This document shows, one piece after another, positions 54,601-63,837 of a DNA stretch of 64,000 bases. The notes under the pieces are model-generated. The model saw only the letters and a list, made by a program, of their open reading frames with translations, did not search any database and was not told the DNA's origin. The number at the start of each line of letters is the position of its first letter. The first letter of the stretch is position 1. The stretch comes from a virus. The position numbers and the translations under genes are program-made. The stretch spans positions 64,001 to 128,000 of the IMG/VR virus record IMGVR_UViG_3300033388_006651, one strand, 5' to 3'.

Positions 54601-57600
54601 TGCGATCGATCCGACCGCGCTTCTCCTGGACGGACAGGCCGTCATCCCGCCAGAAGTCGTACCCACTGCTTCGCAGGGAACCCTGTGGGTCGATAACACC
54701 GGGGCCACCGGTCAACTGATTTACACGAACTCGGACGGCGACAACAACATCAGCACCGGCGGCGGCGTGACCACCCTCGATGCTCTGACCGATGTGACGG
54801 TTACGGGGCCGGCTGCTGGCGAAGTCCTCATGTTGGATGGGGCGCTCCAGTGGGTGAACGCGGCTGGGGCCGGTGGTTCTCCGCTCGCTACTATTTTGGC
54901 AATCGGCAACACGACGGGAGCCATTCCCATCGTGATCGAAGATTCGCTGGGAGCTCGTCTCACTTCGGACGGTGATTTGGTACTGGACCCGTCGGTGACA
55001 CCCGGTGATGCGGTCGTCATCGATGGTCTTCGTTGGCCCGAGGCTGATGGCGCTGGGGGCTTCGTGCTCACGACCAATGGCATCGGGCAGCTCAGTTTCC
55101 AGGCCCCTGGTGGGTCGAGTGGTCTTTCGTTCGCTGAGTCCTTCACCCGTATGCAGTGGGGCTCCATCCAGCCTTCTCTGGGTGTCGTGAACTCGACGGG
55201 CATTTTTGCTCCGGCCTTTGAGATCGGCTCTGTACTGACCACCAGCGATACGGTTGAGGGCGTACGTCGGAACTTCTCGACGGCTGCGATTGCGGCGGAT
55301 GAAGCTGGTGTGCAGGGTGTCGGTAGTGGCATCACGATCGGCTCGCTCCCATTCGTCACCATCAAGTTCGATGGTGTGACACCTGATACGGGGGTCCGCT
55401 TTTTCGCGGGTTTGACGAACGACCTGACTCCGCTGAACACACCTACGGTTCAGTTGAATAGTGCGTTGCCGGCTCGGCGTTACATCGGTGTTCAGATTTA
55501 CACGGACGTTCCCCAGACAACGCTTCAGTTCGTCACGGATGACTCCACGGGAGCGCCGCTGACCTTCAACACGACGATCTCCCCAGCCGGCTTGGTTGGG
55601 TTGACGTTGACCATTGATGGCACGACGGCTGGCCAAGTCACGTTGACCTTGTACGACAGCACGGGGGCTCAGCTTTCCACGACTACGTTCGCTGCGAATC
55701 TGCCAACAGCCACGGCGGCACTTTACCCGTTCTGTGCTGCGCACACGATCGACGGAATCGTCAAATCGTCGGCGATGTATGTGATGCAGGGGGTGACTCG
55801 AGCCGACCTGCTTAACGCGGCCGGCGGAGGCGGTGGAAACCAAGATCTCACGTCTGTCCTTGGCTTCGGAGCCAATACTGGCGGCATCCCGATTCAGGGA
55901 GACGACAACGCTGGCGGTGGTGGCGGAGGTCTCGACCTCATCGCCGGCAGTTCCACGGGCGGTGGCGGCAGCGGTGGCGATGTCACTGTGCTGGGTGGTT
56001 CTCCTGATCCGGCTGGCAACGGCAGCGGTGGGAGTACGTTCTTCACGGCGGCTGACGGTGCGGGTACTGGCATCGGTGGTGAGCTCATTTTCAATGCTGG
56101 TGAGGGCGGCGTTCTAGGAGGCAACGGTGGTAACATCGCCTTCACTCCGGGTGCTGGTCCCGGTGCGGCATCGGCAGATGGCGGCTCCTTCTTCGTCTTC
56201 GGAGCGCCTGGTGGTGGCACCGGTGGTGACGGTGGTCGGGTGGGAATCGTGGCCGGCGATGCTCTTGCGGGTAACTTCGACGGAGGCCCTATCGAGTTCT
56301 CGGCCGGTGACGCTTCTGGCACCGGTATCGGTGGTGAATTCATCTTCAATGCTGGTGACGGCGGCGCCGGTGGTGGTGATGGTGGTTCCCTCACCCTCAC
56401 GGCGGGTGCCGGATTGGGCGGCGGCTCCGATGGTGTCATTACGCTTGATGGGGAAGTCTTCATCACCGGCAAGTTGAACGTCACTGGGATGATCGATCCG
56501 CCTGGGCTCCTTATGTCGAGCTCGGGAGTCATCCCGTTCACGCCTGTTGGTACCGAGGGCGGCATCTGGGTCAACAACGCAGGTGAGCTGATTTTCTCGA
56601 ACCTCGGCGGCGACCTGAACCTGTCCACGGCCATCGGCGGTGGCATGACGTTCCTGGACGCCCTCCTGACGGCCCAGTACGGTTTCCTGGGACCGGGCAA
56701 CACCTTCGGGGGACCACAGAGCTACGGAGTCTTCGGAAGCTCTGTGAACACCGCTGTGAGCCCTGGACCGCCTCCCGCTTCGGCGACGATCGGCCAGGAC
56801 AGCGATGGGCCGTTCCTCAACCTGGCGGTGGCCGCCGATGCTGGTGGATCCGAGGTGTTCCTCGGGACGCTCGATCTGCAAATCCAGCGGGATTCGCAGT
56901 TCAAGGCTCGGTTCAAGTTCCAAGTCACGTCGCCTGCACACACGGACGAGCGCATCTTTATCGGTTACACCGACGATGCGACATCCACGACCCCGAGCCC
57001 GCAGCTTGCATTGGATCACCCGGTTCCGGGCCTCCAGTACATGGCTCTTGCTCAGAGTCTTGCCGGGTTCAACCTCGAGTTCGTGGCCCAAGGCTCCGGT
57101 GGTGCGATGGGGGCGGTGTTCGCCATCCCGACCGACGCACTGGTCCACTACTTCGAGATCGATGCCAGCGCTGCTAGCGGAGATGTGACGTTCAGGGTGT
57201 ACGCGGCTGATGGGGTTACCATCGAAGCCGCCCACACGGAGCTGGCGTCATTCCTGCTTCCTGATCTGTCTCTTCCCACACGTCCGTTCATCGGCATCAC
57301 CAACAGCACGACGACCACGACGCCACGTTCGCTCGATTTCTACGATGCGACCGTCGTCACTCGGGCCGACGTTGTGGATGCGGTCACGGGTGGTGGTTCC
57401 GGCGGAACCTCAACGCTCAGCGCAGTGCTCGCATCCGGCAACACGACGGGTGCCAATGGCATCGAGTTCTCGTTGTTGAACACGGGGATTACGACTGAGA
57501 CCAACGCGGGCGGCAACGGCCAAGACCTTCTCATCGCAGCCGGTGACGCCGGTGCTGCCACGAGTTCGGGCGGTGTTCTCGAACTTCGTGGTGGTTTGGA

Positions 57601-58918
57601 CACGGGCGCACCGGGTAAGCCGGGTTCTGTTTCGATTAAGGCAGATTCCACGGCCAGTTCTGGTGGGACCGGGGCTGTCGACCTGCTTGGTGGCAACATT
57701 GCCAGTGCAGGCGGCGCCCTACTTACTGTAGCTTCGGGAGATCCGAGCGGTCCTCGAGGCGGTGGTATTGCCCTCCAAGCCGGCTCGGGCACCGGGGTCA
57801 ACGTCCCGGGCGGCACTATTTCCCTGAACGCAGGTCAGAGTCAAGGCACCGAAGCCGGCGGGGATGTCTCCTTGAGTGCGGCCACCGGCGGTGTGGGTGC
57901 AGGCACCGGCGACGGTGGACGTGTCGTGTTGGCCAGCGGTATCGCAGCCGGTACCGGGGGCACGGGCAACATCGACCTGGTTGTCGGAAGTGGAACGGTA
58001 CCGCCGGTTCAGTTAGGCAACCTGAACTTCATCTCGCAGCCCGAGGGCGGCGACGATCTCACCTCGAGCGTCTTCACGATCTCCGGGGCGAGTTCGGCAT
58101 CGGGTGGTGGTTATTTCATGCGAGCAGGTCGTGCCGATGTCGGCAGTACCGGCGACGGTGGTGACATCAGGCTGCTGACCCAAGATGGGGATGCGGGCGG
58201 AGACCCGGGCGCGATCCATCTTCTTGCGGACGGCGCTACTCCGGCGGTAGTCGGGGGTGGCGACATCCAAGCGGTTGCCAAGTTTACGGCCACTACTGGT
58301 GAAGGCGGTAAGCTGCGTTTGACTGCGGCTGCGGGCGGTGGGGTTGGTTCAGCTTTCCTCAGTGGTGGCGATGCCGATGCGGCGTCGGCCCTCCCTGGGG
58401 GCAGCGCGTCGGTATTGGGTGGCGCTGGTGACACTACAGGACCCGGTGCGCCAGTCCTCCTCATGGGTGGGACAGGAGGCGCAACCGGAGACGGTGGCAA
58501 CGCGAGAGTGGCTGGCGGCACTGCTACTGGTGGTGCCAATGTCGGTGGTGATGTTATCCTCTCCCCGGGCGCAGGTCCTGGTGGGTCCGGTGTGGTGGAC
58601 GTGGACGGTCCGATCAATCCGGCTGGCGCAGGGCTCCAGTTCAGCTTCGGAGGTTCCGTTGGCGTCTCCGCCGTTCCAGGAATCATTGACCCGACTCTGT
58701 TGGTTGCCGGGGCACCACCGATCTCGTTCGTGGTGCCATTCAACGCAGCGTTCCTGGCCGCACCCCAAAACGTGCAGGTCACGTTGGCCCTGTTCGTTCC
58801 TGGGCCGTTGGCATCGATCTCCTACGCCATCACGTCGATCACAGCTACGGATTTCACGATCGTGTTCGATGGCGCTCCGCCCGCGGGATTCGGGTTTACC
58901 TGGGACGCGAAGCTGTAG
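51620..58918 (+). CDS. giant tail-fibre-like protein (2432 aa) with three internal beta-sandwich repeats
   Basis: L..VL..GN.TG modules, Gly-rich shafts, R.F.G.T lectin-like repeats, C-terminal VPF..AF...P..V.VT (H-lectin-like). Confidence 0.78.
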   Translation: MANPPANRRPGVDADIFQGTWLRGFDVPAGNNDPAANPCDLIISNGKSQIDETVSDLYIWNRTLDREQPMFIFAVGNDFTSLVAKFGVYAGVLPDPNGILTDEIGSLYLSNNPAALWQNQNGGDTWEKISDDLGGESLQETLAIGNVTGGFNLQVTNGDFIIGVENSTGGTGADVQVFGGPATGITGDGGQAVIVGGTSVGGNTGAVGVFSRDTTNAGVSGNVNVRTGTSLLGGNSGSIDMRTGNTGAPGILGVSGVFGFIGGDSLTTGALGVGGQLFARGGSATEDGQGGNMLLYAGHAVTVPPAPFIPVNAAGQGGNVLLQSGNSSGTRAGGLVVLTGGTGGSSGGVGGTIILDPGAGGGGAGDGEVVATKVLRADNIKRGDSDPNSVVSGNEGDVYQRTQGGIGQVWVNTNGSITGWKQLAFAGDLVEALQQMQNGYVSPSMMGFGGTDEELYSDVGLYKGLRTDESLGGTVDGSFVDSGPVLRFAVSESIGALNQRAGLDMITSGVMGPGVRLENRFFATFAFNTRSLDSNTCRFFLGLTGNTLAAQLGTDLPGGDYIGFMRSNLNANWLVVHRGGGAANFANTGIAKTTTDVDTDVYYFIVDATDGLTPLVRFFILDPDLNVISSITVNSDLPDVTATELWPAVGVQNVNGAGGGTSFLKMSHAGITTKAATVAQGGGTGTGGLTLGQVLLNGNQTDAILIEVNQGSGLLGVVDDNAGDGADVLVFGGATTLVGNDTGGVIVASGSAFGGGAEGAGATTGALVLTSGFQLVVTTLGDTGIVDIQSGDHAGTDGTTGDFFLRTGGFTNGAAGTRVQGDILIAAGSFIPNTATTTGEIIIKGGSSSLTGVDGGDVTIMSGENNSAIGDTGDIDIETFDANLDGDSGVLELATGTGGSNAGDSGFLTLATGAAIAGSSGAIGFGTGAAGNGAAGGILMLIGDSTVGNGSAIALFSGTTTDAAGFGGDIEFTPGTGPLGDGAVIINGKLTVTGAIDPTALLLDGQAVIPPEVVPTASQGTLWVDNTGATGQLIYTNSDGDNNISTGGGVTTLDALTDVTVTGPAAGEVLMLDGALQWVNAAGAGGSPLATILAIGNTTGAIPIVIEDSLGARLTSDGDLVLDPSVTPGDAVVIDGLRWPEADGAGGFVLTTNGIGQLSFQAPGGSSGLSFAESFTRMQWGSIQPSLGVVNSTGIFAPAFEIGSVLTTSDTVEGVRRNFSTAAIAADEAGVQGVGSGITIGSLPFVTIKFDGVTPDTGVRFFAGLTNDLTPLNTPTVQLNSALPARRYIGVQIYTDVPQTTLQFVTDDSTGAPLTFNTTISPAGLVGLTLTIDGTTAGQVTLTLYDSTGAQLSTTTFAANLPTATAALYPFCAAHTIDGIVKSSAMYVMQGVTRADLLNAAGGGGGNQDLTSVLGFGANTGGIPIQGDDNAGGGGGGLDLIAGSSTGGGGSGGDVTVLGGSPDPAGNGSGGSTFFTAADGAGTGIGGELIFNAGEGGVLGGNGGNIAFTPGAGPGAASADGGSFFVFGAPGGGTGGDGGRVGIVAGDALAGNFDGGPIEFSAGDASGTGIGGEFIFNAGDGGAGGGDGGSLTLTAGAGLGGGSDGVITLDGEVFITGKLNVTGMIDPPGLLMSSSGVIPFTPVGTEGGIWVNNAGELIFSNLGGDLNLSTAIGGGMTFLDALLTAQYGFLGPGNTFGGPQSYGVFGSSVNTAVSPGPPPASATIGQDSDGPFLNLAVAADAGGSEVFLGTLDLQIQRDSQFKARFKFQVTSPAHTDERIFIGYTDDATSTTPSPQLALDHPVPGLQYMALAQSLAGFNLEFVAQGSGGAMGAVFAIPTDALVHYFEIDASAASGDVTFRVYAADGVTIEAAHTELASFLLPDLSLPTRPFIGITNSTTTTTPRSLDFYDATVVTRADVVDAVTGGGSGGTSTLSAVLASGNTTGANGIEFSLLNTGITTETNAGGNGQDLLIAAGDAGAATSSGGVLELRGGLDTGAPGKPGSVSIKADSTASSGGTGAVDLLGGNIASAGGALLTVASGDPSGPRGGGIALQAGSGTGVNVPGGTISLNAGQSQGTEAGGDVSLSAATGGVGAGTGDGGRVVLASGIAAGTGGTGNIDLVVGSGTVPPVQLGNLNFISQPEGGDDLTSSVFTISGASSASGGGYFMRAGRADVGSTGDGGDIRLLTQDGDAGGDPGAIHLLADGATPAVVGGGDIQAVAKFTATTGEGGKLRLTAAAGGGVGSAFLSGGDADAASALPGGSASVLGGAGDTTGPGAPVLLMGGTGGATGDGGNARVAGGTATGGANVGGDVILSPGAGPGGSGVVDVDGPINPAGAGLQFSFGGSVGVSAVPGIIDPTLLVAGAPPISFVVPFNAAFLAAPQNVQVTLALFVPGPLASISYAITSITATDFTIVFDGAPPAGFGFTWDAKL

Positions 58919-58958
58919 CGGCGTAGGAATCTAGACGCAGAAAAGCCCGTGGAGCTGG

Positions 58959-58975
58959 AGCCCTACGGGCTTTTC
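58959..58975. terminator. 3' arm of a bidirectional terminator (AAAAGCCCGTGG...CTACGGGCTTTT)
   Basis: Inverted repeat 58941-58974 between convergent genes. Confidence 0.7.
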
Positions 58976-58983
58976 GCTGTGGT

Positions 58984-59706
58984 TTAGTCCTTTTTCACGC
59001 ACACCTTGATTGATCCGGTCCAAGTATCGCACTTCATTGTTCCATCGAGGCAATCATCGTCGGTTTCACAGAAACGAGTGCAGCAGAAGTCATCCCAGGA
59101 TTCGCTCGGCCACTGGTTATCGGCTGCGGGGTCAATCTCGCACCAGTCCATGGCAAAGAGGTCCGACTCGACGCAGGCCAAATGGAGGCAGCCCGTGTAG
59201 GTCGTGTTGAACCCGCCGCCACTCCACTGATCGCAACCGCTCTTGTGCGAAGTGCCGTCCCCTTCGCTGTCGCGAAGGGGGAGGCAGTACATGCCCGTGA
59301 CCTCTTGTTGACCCGGTCCAGGTGAGACGAAGCCGAGGACACAGGTGTGGGGAACGATTTGGCTGTCAGGGTTGTAGAGAACCATCGGACCATCGGCGCA
59401 TTGGCCGATGCCCTCGTGCATCTCAATTGGGTTGCAAGGGTAGTAGGGCGCGATGGGTTCCTGGGCCGTGCCGGTTTCACCATCGCCGTCGCCGTCGCCG
59501 TCGCCATCGCCCGTGGAACCATCATCAGTTTCACCTTCGGCATCGCCCGTTTCGGATCCATCGGTGCCTTCGGCCGTGCCTGCTTCTGAGGCGTCGGATC
59601 CTGTCAAGGTGCCGTCTGTGGCTCCCTCGAGGTTAGGGGAGAACTCTGTGGCGCAAGCAGTCAGGAGGCTCGCGGCCAGCAACATCGTGAAAAAAGTTCG
59701 GTTCAT
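58984..59706 (-). CDS. Cys-rich lipoprotein with GDGDGD repeat
   Basis: LTAC lipobox, TGDGDGDGDGDG linker, CCTRFC..C. Confidence 0.8.
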   Translation of the reverse strand: MNRTFFTMLLAASLLTACATEFSPNLEGATDGTLTGSDASEAGTAEGTDGSETGDAEGETDDGSTGDGDGDGDGDGETGTAQEPIAPYYPCNPIEMHEGIGQCADGPMVLYNPDSQIVPHTCVLGFVSPGPGQQEVTGMYCLPLRDSEGDGTSHKSGCDQWSGGGFNTTYTGCLHLACVESDLFAMDWCEIDPAADNQWPSESWDDFCCTRFCETDDDCLDGTMKCDTWTGSIKVCVKKD

Positions 59707-60128
59707 CGGGAAACTACCTCCACAACATACACGGAGCCCCGGAAGATTTTACATCAAACTCTTGATCCGCCTGGGATAACGCTTCGCAAAAAGCCCTCGG
59801 AGCCCTACTAGGGGCCCCCTATAGGGGAAAACATGTTTTTGGCGCTAGGAACGCATTGCGATCCCGCGAAAGGAGCCTTCTGGAGCCCTTGGGCGGAGTG
59901 CGCAGCGAATTCTCCTATGGGCGCCCCTCAGATGAGAAGGCCGGATGAACACCACACCCAGCATTTTTTCGTCGATCTCGTTGGCGCGCAAAGCGGCCTT
60001 TTCCTTTTCCACGAATGCGTGGAGTTCGAGGGGCGTGGCCGAAACGTGCGTCCTGGTTTCGCAAACTTCGCGTCAACGCACGCGGTTTTAATCCCTCTAT
60101 GGGCCTCCCTTCATAGGAACGCACGTAG

Positions 60129-63100
60129 ATGTCTACTCCTTTTGCAACCCGAGGGACCGGGGATCTCATCATCAGAGACGGGGACACCGTCTCTGGTGAC
60201 AGTGCTACGGGTGGCGCAGGCGGCAACGTCACCGTGGAGGGTGGCAACGCCACCGCAGCATCAGCCACCGATGGCGGCGATGTTATTTTGCAACCCGGTC
60301 TCGAGGACGGCGCTGGATCGATTGGTGAAGTTTCGGTCACGAACCGAACCGGCACCGAAGACGACCCGATCATCGCGTTCAGTTCGGCTTCGGGAAATTC
60401 ACATACGATCCGTTGGCGCGTCGGCACCATCGAGCCGAACTCCGACCTCGTGCCGGCTTCGGCCGGTGGCGATCTTTACGTTCGCAGCGATGGCACGATG
60501 TGGATCGCGACGACTTCGGGAACGGGAAACTGGTCCCAGGTCGGGAGCGGTGGAGGCACCACTCGGATTGCGCAGTCGGGTGTCATCACTGAGGCGCTTC
60601 AGTTTTTCGTTGATTTCAACAATCAGAGTTCTTGGACGCCCAACCAACTAACGACGTGGACCGATACCATCGCGGCTGTAGCAGGCACAGCCTCAAATAC
60701 TTCGATTGTAGACGGCCATCTGAATTTCAATGGCACCACCTCTTTAGTGAACTTTGGGGTTCTCCCGACCGCTTTGGTGGACCTCTTCGCGGGAGGAGGA
60801 ACTCTCGCTGCGTGGGTTCGTCCTGAATCTGCGGGTGAAAGTTCCATTGGGCGTATTTTTGACACCACCGATGGGAGTAACTCAGACGGGTACTATTTTC
60901 GCGTCAACAGTTTATCTGGCGGGATGATCGGGCTGCGTCTCGATATGGCCTTTAGCACGGGGTCTGTTCAGTGGGATACCACCAACCGAGATTTGACGAT
61001 CGACGAGTGGAACCACGTGGTCGTGGTGTTCGACTCAGACGCGGCGAACACCACTCCTCCGGTGTTCTATGTGAACGGTGTCCTGGTTACGTCTGGTGCG
61101 GCGACTACAGCGGGAACATTAGATACGGATTCCGGTCGTCAACTGATCCTCGGCAATCGTTCGACCGGAGTGGCGACTTTCGATGGGGACATCGAAATCG
61201 CCATGATGTACGACGGTATCAAATCGGCGGAAGAGGTTTCGGATATCTATAAGACTCAATCACCTCGATTTTTCGGGGGGTGGGGGCCGGATCTTGTAAT
61301 CAGTAACACTTCCGACGGGACCGATGTCGTTATGACCGACGGCGACACCTTCCGGGGCGTTGATGCCACGTCAGGGTCAGCTTTCGATCTAGCTATTCGG
61401 GGCGGTACCACGACCGACACTGCTGTCAGTGTCGATGGCGGCGACCTTCTCCTCACGGGTGGCTCCACGGGCAGTACGAGTTTTGTTGGTAGCGCGAACG
61501 GTGGGCACGTCCGTATCACTGGTGGTGGAACCGCGGGTACAGGGTCGGCGTCGGGCGGTGGCGTTTTCATCACGGGTGCGACGCCGACAAGTGGATCCGG
61601 AACCGGTGGTTCGGTCACGATCGCTTCCGGTGACGGGGCGACCGGTGGTGGAAACGCGAATGCCGGTGATGTGTCCATCACCACGGGTGATGGAGCGAAC
61701 GCCTCGGCCAGTGGCGGAAGTTTCTCAGTAATCTTGGGAGCGTCGGCGCCAGGCAGTGGTGCAGCCGGCAGCATCACCATGACGGCCGGCGCCAACCCGG
61801 GCACCACGCTGGGTACCCCGGGTGGTGATGTCACCATCACATCGGGTACTTCACTTGGCCGTACAGGAAGCGTCTTCATCCGGAGCGGGGACAACCTCGA
61901 CACCGCTGTTCCCGGGTTAACCAACACAATCGGCAATATCACGATCGAGACGGGAACCGTCACTGGTGGTTCCGAGGATTTCACTGGTGGTTCGATTTCG
62001 ATTACGTCGCAGGGAGACACCAGCGGCGGCGCCGATAGCGTAATCGGTGGCAGCGTTTCCATTTCTGCGGGCAACACAGGGTTCTCCAACCAAAACGGCG
62101 GTGACATCAGTCTCACGGCTGGCGACACCAACGGGTCCAACCAACGGTTCGGTGGCAACATCAGCCTGACGGCTGGCAACCAACTTCTCGGGGGTGCTTC
62201 GTCTACTTCTGAAGGTGGCTCCATTGTGATGACGCCCGGTACGTCTGCGGCCGGCACCGCTGGGCGTGCCAAGATCGCCGGCACCGGCACCTTGGAGATG
62301 ATCGAACGCACCACCGCGCTCGATTTCATCGCCGGGTCTGGATACTTCTGGGTTCGGGATGACGGACCCAACGTCCCGATGTTCACCGATGATGCGGGCA
62401 TGGACTGGCAGCTTGCGGGTTCGGGAACAGGTCTTCAAAGCGCATACGAATCTGACAACAGCATTATCACAGACGCGGGAAACGGAAATTTCGATGTCAG
62501 TGGCACGGAGGCCATTAGCCTCGACGCTTCTGCTGCCTCGAATTTCACGGTCGCAGGTGCGAACCTAGTTCTTGCCACTACGACATCAGGAACCATTGAT
62601 ATCGACGGCGCGTCAAACGTCACGATTGACAGTATATTTGGCGGCATCGCCCTCGCCTGTACCGGGGCCGGAAGTTTCACAACTTCAACTGGTGATTTGA
62701 CCCTCAGCACCTCCAACGCAACGACGGCCGCGGATATCTTCGTTACAGCAGGCAACTCTTCAGGTGCCGCGACGGCAGGTGGTGCCCTTACGCTAGATGC
62801 GGGTGATGGCAACACGGCCGGAGCAGGCGGTGCCCTCACCGGAACGGCCGGAGCAGGTGGCACAACAGGTACAGGCGGTGCTGTCAGTTTTACAGGAGGC
62901 GACGGTGGCCTGGCTGGCGGTTCGATCAACCTCACATCGGGTGAGAGCACCGACGTAAACAACACGAGTGGTGACATTCGCCTTACCGCGGCGAAGGGGG
63001 TTGGTATTGCAGGAGCGATTCTCCTTACCACGGAAAGCGATGATCTCACCTCAGCCCCGGTGACGATCGATACCCAAAGTGGTTTTGCAGACCAGGGTGA

Positions 63101-63491
63101 AAACAAACGGACGTTTGGACGTTCGGAAGCGATTGCGCTTTCAACGAGCAACCAAGCAGTCGTCGCTCTTGGAGCGATTAGTTCCAACGGCGATCAGATG
63201 CGCATTGAGGTCAAATTGACCGCGGTGGATACCCTCGTTCCTACGAACGTGATCTCGTATCGTTTTGATGGGGATTTTTACCGCGACACCGGCACCGTCA
63301 CCGCGATCACACCCCACACAGACACAAACGTGTTGGTTGGGGTGGCTGCGTTCACGGATAATCTCAGTTTCAGCATAGGCATCAGCGGAGGCACCCTCCA
63401 GTTGGAGTTGACTAACGACGACGGGTCCAACGCGTACACTCTCAAGATTTCGGCAACTTTCATCACCCAGCTCGGCGGTGCCTCCTCGTAG
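60129..63491 (+). CDS. tail-fibre-like protein with LamG/concanavalin-like domain
   Basis: FNGT..V, T..AWV.P, W.HVVVV, FYVNG, L.LGN, FDG.I; Gly-rich shaft. Confidence 0.78.
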   Translation: MSTPFATRGTGDLIIRDGDTVSGDSATGGAGGNVTVEGGNATAASATDGGDVILQPGLEDGAGSIGEVSVTNRTGTEDDPIIAFSSASGNSHTIRWRVGTIEPNSDLVPASAGGDLYVRSDGTMWIATTSGTGNWSQVGSGGGTTRIAQSGVITEALQFFVDFNNQSSWTPNQLTTWTDTIAAVAGTASNTSIVDGHLNFNGTTSLVNFGVLPTALVDLFAGGGTLAAWVRPESAGESSIGRIFDTTDGSNSDGYYFRVNSLSGGMIGLRLDMAFSTGSVQWDTTNRDLTIDEWNHVVVVFDSDAANTTPPVFYVNGVLVTSGAATTAGTLDTDSGRQLILGNRSTGVATFDGDIEIAMMYDGIKSAEEVSDIYKTQSPRFFGGWGPDLVISNTSDGTDVVMTDGDTFRGVDATSGSAFDLAIRGGTTTDTAVSVDGGDLLLTGGSTGSTSFVGSANGGHVRITGGGTAGTGSASGGGVFITGATPTSGSGTGGSVTIASGDGATGGGNANAGDVSITTGDGANASASGGSFSVILGASAPGSGAAGSITMTAGANPGTTLGTPGGDVTITSGTSLGRTGSVFIRSGDNLDTAVPGLTNTIGNITIETGTVTGGSEDFTGGSISITSQGDTSGGADSVIGGSVSISAGNTGFSNQNGGDISLTAGDTNGSNQRFGGNISLTAGNQLLGGASSTSEGGSIVMTPGTSAAGTAGRAKIAGTGTLEMIERTTALDFIAGSGYFWVRDDGPNVPMFTDDAGMDWQLAGSGTGLQSAYESDNSIITDAGNGNFDVSGTEAISLDASAASNFTVAGANLVLATTTSGTIDIDGASNVTIDSIFGGIALACTGAGSFTTSTGDLTLSTSNATTAADIFVTAGNSSGAATAGGALTLDAGDGNTAGAGGALTGTAGAGGTTGTGGAVSFTGGDGGLAGGSINLTSGESTDVNNTSGDIRLTAAKGVGIAGAILLTTESDDLTSAPVTIDTQSGFADQGENKRTFGRSEAIALSTSNQAVVALGAISSNGDQMRIEVKLTAVDTLVPTNVISYRFDGDFYRDTGTVTAITPHTDTNVLVGVAAFTDNLSFSIGISGGTLQLELTNDDGSNAYTLKISATFITQLGGASS

Positions 63492-63499
63492 GTGTAGCT

Positions 63500-63832
63500 A
63501 TGGTTGTCATCAAACAAAATGGAATTCCAGGGGGAGCTATAAAGTTCACGTCCGTTAAGATCGCGGCCTACGACATTTTGGCTGACGAACACATCCAGTA
63601 CGACCCGACTGCGGGGGGCTTCACTTTGAAGTTGCCCCCTACGGCGGCAACGAACACCCAGGTTGGTTTCAAAAACTGCTCCACAAGCACTAACAGCGTC
63701 ACCATCGACGGGAACGGGCACAACGTCGAAAACCCTTCAACTCCGGGAGCGACGGTCGCATCTTTTGTGACAACGACTGCGGGTCTATCAATCATTTGCC
63801 AGTTCAACGGAACCGAATGGTGGATCATTTAG
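63500..63832 (+). CDS. small fibre-module protein
   Basis: FTL.LP..., VTIDGNG, FNGTEW. Confidence 0.65.
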   Translation: MVVIKQNGIPGGAIKFTSVKIAAYDILADEHIQYDPTAGGFTLKLPPTAATNTQVGFKNCSTSTNSVTIDGNGHNVENPSTPGATVASFVTTTAGLSIICQFNGTEWWII

Positions 63833-63837
63833 GAGAA

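Noticed and set aside
53453-57235. Long minus-strand ORFs (796 aa, 373 aa and others)
   Set aside because: Antisense shadows of GC-rich, Gly-rich fibre genes with no protein-like motifs.
45347-63832. Diversity-generating retroelement acting on fibre tips
   Set aside because: No reverse transcriptase and no adenine-mismatched template/variable repeat pair seen in this window.
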